Translations under genes and position numbers: made by a program
In this document: positions 58,431 through 64,000 of the stretch, in pieces
How the letters are laid out: each line of letters starts with the position of its first letter
How positions within the stretch are numbered: the stretch's first letter is position 1
Virus record (IMG/VR): IMGVR_UViG_3300017917_002795
Span: 32,001-96,000 of that record
Strand: one strand, 5' to 3'
Length of the DNA: 64,000 nucleotides
DNA from: a virus
The notes under the pieces: model-generated
Told to the model about the DNA's origin: nothing
What the model saw: the letters and a program-made list of their open reading frames with translations, nothing else
Database searches by the model: none

Positions 58431-59072
58431 ATGAGAATATTTCAACCCATAATCTCCGGATCATTTACAACCTCAGGATCTGTATTTTTACAAGGTTTAA
58501 CATCTACATCTCAGCCAAATGTTATTTTAATTGATACTGCATCTGGACAATTATACTTTACATCATCCGCTGATTTTGGCAGTGGTAATGTAGATACCGG
58601 TTCATTGTTAACTACTGCATCATTCAATGCATATACTGGATCTAATACTAGCCAATTTGCTGGAACTTCATCATTTGCTCAAACTACTAACACTGCAATA
58701 ACAGCTCAAACTGCATCATATAGCAGTATTTTAACGGTTAGTAGTAAATTATTAATTGATGCTACATTAACGGATTATGCATCTGTCACATCTACAATTG
58801 TAGGGTCAAATAACCTTGTTACACAGGCAACAGGATCATATACATCTGCATTTGGTAAGTATACGTTACATAATGGCGCAAATGCAAGATCCGGAGAGTT
58901 TTGGACGGTATGGAACGGCACAACAACAGTGTATACAGATACATCAACCAATGACATCGGAAACACTGATACAATTACATTTAATTCAGCCATAATCGGA
59001 AACAACATACAAATAGATGCAGTAGCTGGTTCATCTGGCTGGTCTGTGAAAATGCTAATAACTTTCATATAA
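58431..59072 (+). CDS. Fibre/decoration protein
   Basis: TASF motifs; shares an 83-bp segment with 55082..58429. Confidence 0.65.
   Translation: MRIFQPIISGSFTTSGSVFLQGLTSTSQPNVILIDTASGQLYFTSSADFGSGNVDTGSLLTTASFNAYTGSNTSQFAGTSSFAQTTNTAITAQTASYSSILTVSSKLLIDATLTDYASVTSTIVGSNNLVTQATGSYTSAFGKYTLHNGANARSGEFWTVWNGTTTVYTDTSTNDIGNTDTITFNSAIIGNNIQIDAVAGSSGWSVKMLITFI
58596..58678 (+). repeat. 83-bp dispersed repeat, copy 2
   Basis: 78/83 identical to 55208..55290. Confidence 0.85.
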
Positions 59073-59120
59073 CATATTTATAATAAACCGAGTCTTGGAT
59101 AGGGAAAAGATTTAGAAATT

Positions 59121-59357
59121 ATGGCTAACGAATTCATAGCACGCAACGGCCTTATTGCACAAAACAACACAGTTATAACTGGTTCATTGACCGTAACAAA
59201 CGGTATTACAGGAAGTTTATATGGAACTGCAAGTTGGGCCACACAAGCCATAACAGCATCATTCTTGCCCATCGGAACATACAACATAACATCGAGTTGG
59301 GCCGTAAGTGCATCAAACTCAATATCCGCATCATACATTGACGGAGGATTTTATTAA
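59121..59357 (+). CDS. Short fibre-type protein (MANEF.. leader, C-terminal DGGFY)
   Basis: ITGSL..GTASWA motifs; own ATATTTATA motif upstream. Confidence 0.65.
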   Translation: MANEFIARNGLIAQNNTVITGSLTVTNGITGSLYGTASWATQAITASFLPIGTYNITSSWAVSASNSISASYIDGGFY

Positions 59358-59388
59358 TGTATATTTATATAAAAAAATGATGTAAATT

Positions 59389-59985
59389 ATGTCGACTAGA
59401 ACCATACATTGGACCGAAGATACTAAAACGATGAAAATCCGCACTGACATTCCGGGATTTTTCATTGAGTTCAGCAATCAGATGGTTTACCGCATAAAAA
59501 ACGAAACTGGCACGACATTAACACCGGGTACGGTTGTGCGGTTTTCTGGTTCTGACACATTTCCTACGGTTGCATTAGCTGATTATACTTCATACGCAAC
59601 ATCAGAAGGAACATTGGGAATTGTAGCACATTCAATATCCAATGACGCTGAAGGATATGTAGTAACAGCCGGTATAGCTCGAAACATCCCGTTAACTGGA
59701 TATGACAACGGTACAGACCTTTATTTGCATTCCTCCGGTTCATTCACTGCAACACGTCCTACCGCACCTCTTCCGGAAGTGTATTTAGGTACTGTGATAC
59801 GATCAGGCAGCGCTGGCATAATGAGTGTAAACATTGAATTAGGCGCTGAATTAGAAGAATTGCATAATGTTAAAATAAATAATCCTAACAATGGAGATAT
59901 ATTATCTTGGGATTCAACACAAAACGTTTGGAAAAATATTAACAACACAAATTCATCCTCCTCGGTAGATGGCGGAACATATTAA
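59389..59985 (+). CDS. Decoration/fibre-anchor-like protein
   Basis: Homologous to the internal domain of 55082..58429; C-terminal DGGTY. Confidence 0.6.
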   Translation: MSTRTIHWTEDTKTMKIRTDIPGFFIEFSNQMVYRIKNETGTTLTPGTVVRFSGSDTFPTVALADYTSYATSEGTLGIVAHSISNDAEGYVVTAGIARNIPLTGYDNGTDLYLHSSGSFTATRPTAPLPEVYLGTVIRSGSAGIMSVNIELGAELEELHNVKINNPNNGDILSWDSTQNVWKNINNTNSSSSVDGGTY

Positions 59986-59997
59986 TATATTTAAAAG

Positions 59998-60687
59998 ATG
60001 GCAGATAAAATATTACATAAACGTAGTTTAACACCAGGCAGTGTTCCTACAACCGCATCAATTCTTCCAGGCGAATTGGCAATAAATGTACCAGATGGTA
60101 AATTGTTTTTACGGCAATCTGGCAGTGTAGAACGAATCGTTAACATAGGAGAATCGGCTTCATTTGCAGCAACTGCATCATTTGCCACTTCAGCGTCCAC
60201 AGTACCTGCTAGTGGTGTTGTAGGTTTAAATTTATCTCAAATAGCAACAGGGAGTGTAACTGCATCTGTTTCTGCAACACAATTTACAGTTTCCAGCGGA
60301 AGCACAACAGAATTCACTGTGACAGGAACGGGGGTGACCATAGGAAGTGTTATAACAGATACACATACCGTTACCGGTTCATTACTCGTGTCTGGATCAG
60401 TCATTGCAGCAAGTTTTTCTGGTTCATTTACTGGTTCATATACTGGTTCATTTAGAGGTGATGGATCCCTTTTAACGGGTATAGAAAACATTCGACGAAG
60501 CGATTTTACTGGGTCAGTTGATCCAAATATCAGTTTGCTTTATTTAGGTGAAGCACGGCTTGGATCTTTAGAATCAGATGCAGTTTGGAGTATTTCTCAA
60601 CTCACTATATCTTCATCTGGGGCAACAACCACACGAACCACTTCAAGTGCAGCTTGGACAAACAGATACACATACACATATTTATAA
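59998..60687 (+). CDS. Fibre protein with Mtd-N/hyaluronidase-like N-terminal module
   Basis: ILHKRS..PG.VP....LPGELAIN..DGKLF; GSFTGS..GDGS.L. Confidence 0.6.
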   Translation: MADKILHKRSLTPGSVPTTASILPGELAINVPDGKLFLRQSGSVERIVNIGESASFAATASFATSASTVPASGVVGLNLSQIATGSVTASVSATQFTVSSGSTTEFTVTGTGVTIGSVITDTHTVTGSLLVSGSVIAASFSGSFTGSYTGSFRGDGSLLTGIENIRRSDFTGSVDPNISLLYLGEARLGSLESDAVWSISQLTISSSGATTTRTTSSAAWTNRYTYTYL

Positions 60688-60700
60688 TAAAGGAAATGTT

Positions 60701-60991
60701 ATGCCAATACAATCTGTAAACCCGATCATAGTAGATGACGTTGAATATCCATACTACACAGTAAACCTATCAATTTCACCTTTAGTTAAAGACACGGAAG
60801 TTGGTGCTAGTGTTGCAATGCGTTTAACACCGTACCGTGAATTGGAGGGAGGACGCCCTGATATATTACAAGGACATGATCAGCCTGTGGTTTATTTGGA
60901 TGTATTTGCTTCTGAAGACGTGCCAGCTGAAACGGCAGCATACAACATTTTAGGAATCATTCAACAATTCATAACGGAAAAAGGATTGTAA
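60701..60991 (+). CDS. Small hypothetical protein
   Basis: Start moved to ATG 60701 behind ATATTTATA (60678) and AAGGA. Confidence 0.65.
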   Translation: MPIQSVNPIIVDDVEYPYYTVNLSISPLVKDTEVGASVAMRLTPYRELEGGRPDILQGHDQPVVYLDVFASEDVPAETAAYNILGIIQQFITEKGL

Positions 60992-62407
60992 ATGCCGAAT
61001 AGATGGCCCATAGCAAGTGGTAATTGGAGTAATTCCACAATTTGGAATGGTGGTTTAGGAGTACCTACAGCATCTGATGATGTATATGCTAATAGTCAAT
61101 CAATTTATATTGATACCGATATAACAGTACTAACATTACGTAATGCAGCTATAACCGGTGTAACACAAGGTGGAATATTTTATTTAAATAATGGTGTTAA
61201 TGTTAATTTAACAGGCGTACCGGCAATGTTCCATACAGGACCTTCAGTATTTGCAGTTACAAACACTCCATTGGTAATAATATCTGGATCGAATACTGCA
61301 ACTATTACTGGCAGTTTAGGAGCAACTTTATTTGGTCCAAAAATACATTTACAAGATAATTCAAGTTTACGTATTTCTGGAAGTGTAGTTTCTACAACTA
61401 ACACAGCAAATATAGGAATACGACATAGTTCAACTGGTAATCTAACTATAACGGGTAGCATCACCGGTAGTTCGGGAGGAGGATCAGCTCATTGTATATA
61501 TGTCGATGGATCTGGTTCTTTATTCATTTCTGGTAGCGTATTAGGAGCAGGATCGTCTTATGGCATATACAATTTATCATCAGGAAATGTTCGTATTATA
61601 GGAACAATCACCGGCGCTAGTGGTAACAATACAGCAGTTTCTGTATATAATTTATCTAATGGAAATATTATAGTTACAGGTAGTATTTTAGGTGCACCTG
61701 ATGCTAACTTTAATGGTAAACAGGGTATATACAATGCAGGCGCTGGAAGTGTCTACATTTCCGGCAGTGTGTTTGGAGGTCGAGGCGGCCAACAAGCAAA
61801 TGGAGTAGCAAATGCATCAGTAGGTACGGTTATTATAGATGGCACCGTAACAGCTGGTCAAGCTGGCTCTGGACCGAACGCTTCAATGTACGGTGTATTT
61901 AACTCAGGAACGGGAACTTTAATTGTTAGAGGAGCTATCTCAGCTAGTATAATATCACCAGGTGTTGGAGCTACGTCAACTACATCAACAAACCTATTCA
62001 CAGGCCCATTTCGTAACACAGGTTCATTCAATGCAGTTTACGCATATCGTATGCAAATGTTAAGCACTTCATCTCAATGGACATTTGATACTGAAGTAGC
62101 GGGTGTAACAAAAACCCTAACTACCATAGAATCTATAACTGGAGCTCCATCTGCATCTAATGTTAGGGATGGTGTTACTTATGGTTTAAATGGCAATTTA
62201 ACGGGTTCACTTAAAATGCCTAATCCAACAACTGTTCGACTTGGAGTTGCAACAGATAATACAACAGGCTCTGCCATTTTAACAGCAGAAGATATGTTTA
62301 ATGTTGCAACACAAACATTAACTACCTCGGGTAGTATAGGAAATTTATTAACCGGATCTTCCACTGTGCAAACAACGGGAGCTACCATATCCGCATTTAA
62401 AGTATAA
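60992..62407 (+). CDS. Gly/Ser-rich beta-helical fibre/adhesin, paralogue 1
   Basis: MPNRW..SGNWSN..IW..PTASDDVYAN; repeated GI.N...G...I.GS; C-terminal PSASNVR.G..YG..DNTTG. Confidence 0.7.
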   Translation: MPNRWPIASGNWSNSTIWNGGLGVPTASDDVYANSQSIYIDTDITVLTLRNAAITGVTQGGIFYLNNGVNVNLTGVPAMFHTGPSVFAVTNTPLVIISGSNTATITGSLGATLFGPKIHLQDNSSLRISGSVVSTTNTANIGIRHSSTGNLTITGSITGSSGGGSAHCIYVDGSGSLFISGSVLGAGSSYGIYNLSSGNVRIIGTITGASGNNTAVSVYNLSNGNIIVTGSILGAPDANFNGKQGIYNAGAGSVYISGSVFGGRGGQQANGVANASVGTVIIDGTVTAGQAGSGPNASMYGVFNSGTGTLIVRGAISASIISPGVGATSTTSTNLFTGPFRNTGSFNAVYAYRMQMLSTSSQWTFDTEVAGVTKTLTTIESITGAPSASNVRDGVTYGLNGNLTGSLKMPNPTTVRLGVATDNTTGSAILTAEDMFNVATQTLTTSGSIGNLLTGSSTVQTTGATISAFKV

Positions 62408-62409
62408 TT

Positions 62410-63609
62410 ATGCCGAATAGATGGGCTATATCATCAGGTAATTGGAGTAATGCTGCTATATGGAGTGGTAGTATAATACCTACTGCATCTGACGATGTAT
62501 ATGCTAACAATCAAACAGTTACAATAGACCAAAACATTACCGTACTTAGCTTAAGAAATTCTACATCTGTTGGAGGTAGTGGTATAGCAGGCGGTATCTC
62601 TGCAAGTGGGCAATTTATATTAAATGATTATATTACTATAACAACAACTGGTTTAGGAGTATATGCTACAAATCCGGCTTGTGTAAATTATAGTGGATCC
62701 TTTTCTGCATCAATTATTGCTAACTGCTATGCATCGCATACCACAGATGCTATACCAGGCGTATTGAATTCAGGTTCAGGTATACTTAATATAATAGGAA
62801 ATGGTTATGGTTCTGGTAACGCTCCATTTGCTGGTGCACGAGCAGGTACACCTGGTATAATTAATAGAAGTACCGGAACAATAAATATATTAGGTAATGG
62901 TTATGGTGGAATAGGTGTAAACGGTGGTAGTGACGGAATACGTAATAATGGAGCTGGTAGTATTAATATTACCGGAAGTTTATATTCAATATTAATACCA
63001 TCAAATGGAAATACAACTAATGCAGGTGCTAGAAATTCGTCAACTGGAACTATTAATATTTCTGGTAGCATCATATCAGGCTTTGGCGTTGCATTAATTA
63101 ATGATTCTACTGGGCCTATTAACATAATAGGCTCTATATATTCATCTAATAATGCTGTTGGAGTATCGTCAACATCTACTGGAATTATAACAGCAACAGG
63201 CCCATTCTACAACACCAATACCCGTAACGCAGTATTTGCACAAAATCTCCAATTTATATCAGGATCGCCTACCACATGGACATTTGATACAGAAACTTTT
63301 GGAGGTACAACAACATTATATTCATCTGGCTCAGTATCTGGTTATCCATCCACCTCAAATGTAAGAGCAGGAATCATATATGGAGACACAAACCAATTTA
63401 CAGGCGTTGTAGTAATACCTTCTGCATCAAATGTAATTCGAGGTGCATTAGTAGATAACACTACTGGTTCAGCTTCATTCAATGTAAATAATGCATGGAG
63501 TGCATTAACAAGCAGTTTATCATTAACAGGAAGTTTAGGGGCACGTTTACGCAACGTTTCAACAGTTACAACAGCCGCAGGCGCAATAGCTTCAAAAGGA
63601 AAATTATAA
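62410..63609 (+). CDS. Gly/Ser-rich beta-helical fibre/adhesin, paralogue 2
   Basis: Same N- and C-terminal motifs as 60992..62407. Confidence 0.7.
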   Translation: MPNRWAISSGNWSNAAIWSGSIIPTASDDVYANNQTVTIDQNITVLSLRNSTSVGGSGIAGGISASGQFILNDYITITTTGLGVYATNPACVNYSGSFSASIIANCYASHTTDAIPGVLNSGSGILNIIGNGYGSGNAPFAGARAGTPGIINRSTGTINILGNGYGGIGVNGGSDGIRNNGAGSINITGSLYSILIPSNGNTTNAGARNSSTGTINISGSIISGFGVALINDSTGPINIIGSIYSSNNAVGVSSTSTGIITATGPFYNTNTRNAVFAQNLQFISGSPTTWTFDTETFGGTTTLYSSGSVSGYPSTSNVRAGIIYGDTNQFTGVVVIPSASNVIRGALVDNTTGSASFNVNNAWSALTSSLSLTGSLGARLRNVSTVTTAAGAIASKGKL

Positions 63610-63612
63610 GAT

Positions 63613-64000
63613 ATGCCATATATTAGATACGCAGTTCAAAACGGAGCATGGAGTAGTGGATCTACTTGGGATAATGGTGCAGTACCATTAAATGGAGATG
63701 ATGTATATGCTGATGGGAGAACCATAACAATAAATCAAAACATCGACGTATTTAGAATTACTAATACACCTAGCCCATCTCGTTTACCAGGAAATGCAAT
63801 ACCCATAATGACTTCAAACACAACACCAGAAGGTGCTGTATCTGCAAGTAGTTTTAGTGGTACATTATTTCCGTGGCGTGCATTTGATAATAGTTATTCA
63901 ACATGGTGGCAGTCTGTAACAGCAAATTCAGCTTCAATTGCATATCAATTTTCTTCTGGAAAAGTAATTAAACAATATGCATTTTATTCACATGCTACAA
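63613..64000 (+). CDS. Third paralogue (partial, runs off the window) with discoidin/F5-8-like insert
   Basis: Translated by hand: MPYIRYAVQNGAWSSGSTWDNGAVPLNGDDVYADG..MTSNTTPEGAVSASS..AFDNSYSTWWQS; open to the window end. Confidence 0.7.
   Translation, partial: MPYIRYAVQNGAWSSGSTWDNGAVPLNGDDVYADGRTITINQNIDVFRITNTPSPSRLPGNAIPIMTSNTTPEGAVSASSFSGTLFPWRAFDNSYSTWWQSVTANSASIAYQFSSGKVIKQYAFYSHAT

Noticed and set aside
55208-58678. Diversity-generating retroelement template/variable repeat pair
   Set aside because: The five differences are not adenine-specific and are mostly synonymous, the repeat is not C-terminal, and no reverse transcriptase is in the window.
1-64000. Stop-codon reassignment as in some large phages
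   Set aside because: Core genes are full length and densely packed under the standard code, and TAA, TGA and TAG all end genes.
1-64000. tRNA, rRNA, integrase or transposase
   Set aside because: None was recognised; intergenic gaps are short and lack cloverleaf signatures. A tRNAscan or Infernal run would be needed to exclude them formally.

Overview
This AT-rich window is part of a large T4-like (myovirus-type) phage genome read with the standard genetic code. Almost all genes are on the + strand. From left to right it holds: (i) an accessory region of convergent gene pairs, a UV-damage endonuclease, an HD hydrolase and a gp55-like late sigma factor; (ii) a baseplate module; (iii) a kinase-like protein, a T7 endonuclease I-like resolvase, a primase and a single-chain Mre11-Rad50 (SbcD-SbcC) fusion; (iv) a tail fibre with an S74 chaperone domain and a nucleotidyltransferase/ligase-like fusion; (v) the head module (terminase, portal, prohead protease, phage ribosomal protein bS21, scaffold, major capsid, neck and tail completion); and (vi) about 17 kb of fibre/decoration genes. 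Block (vi) includes an apparently inserted segment encoding a repeat coiled coil, a leucine-rich-repeat protein, a DUF2827-like putative glycosyltransferase and a J-domain protein. Two promoter classes can be read directly: ATATTTATA in about 20 intergenic gaps, and TTGGAW-N17-TATAWT. A Bacteroidota host is inferred from the bS21 type, signal peptides ending before Gln, and A-rich leaders. The strongest leads are: a family of cargo proteins with shared N-terminal leaders and L-x-E protease sites (annexin-like, kinase-like, NTase/ligase-like); a possible virion glycosylation/folding cassette beside a hypervariable LRR; and a possible bS21/Shine-Dalgarno late translation switch. All family assignments come from motif recognition by eye, not database searches. 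No tRNA, rRNA, CRISPR array, integrase or reverse transcriptase was recognised.
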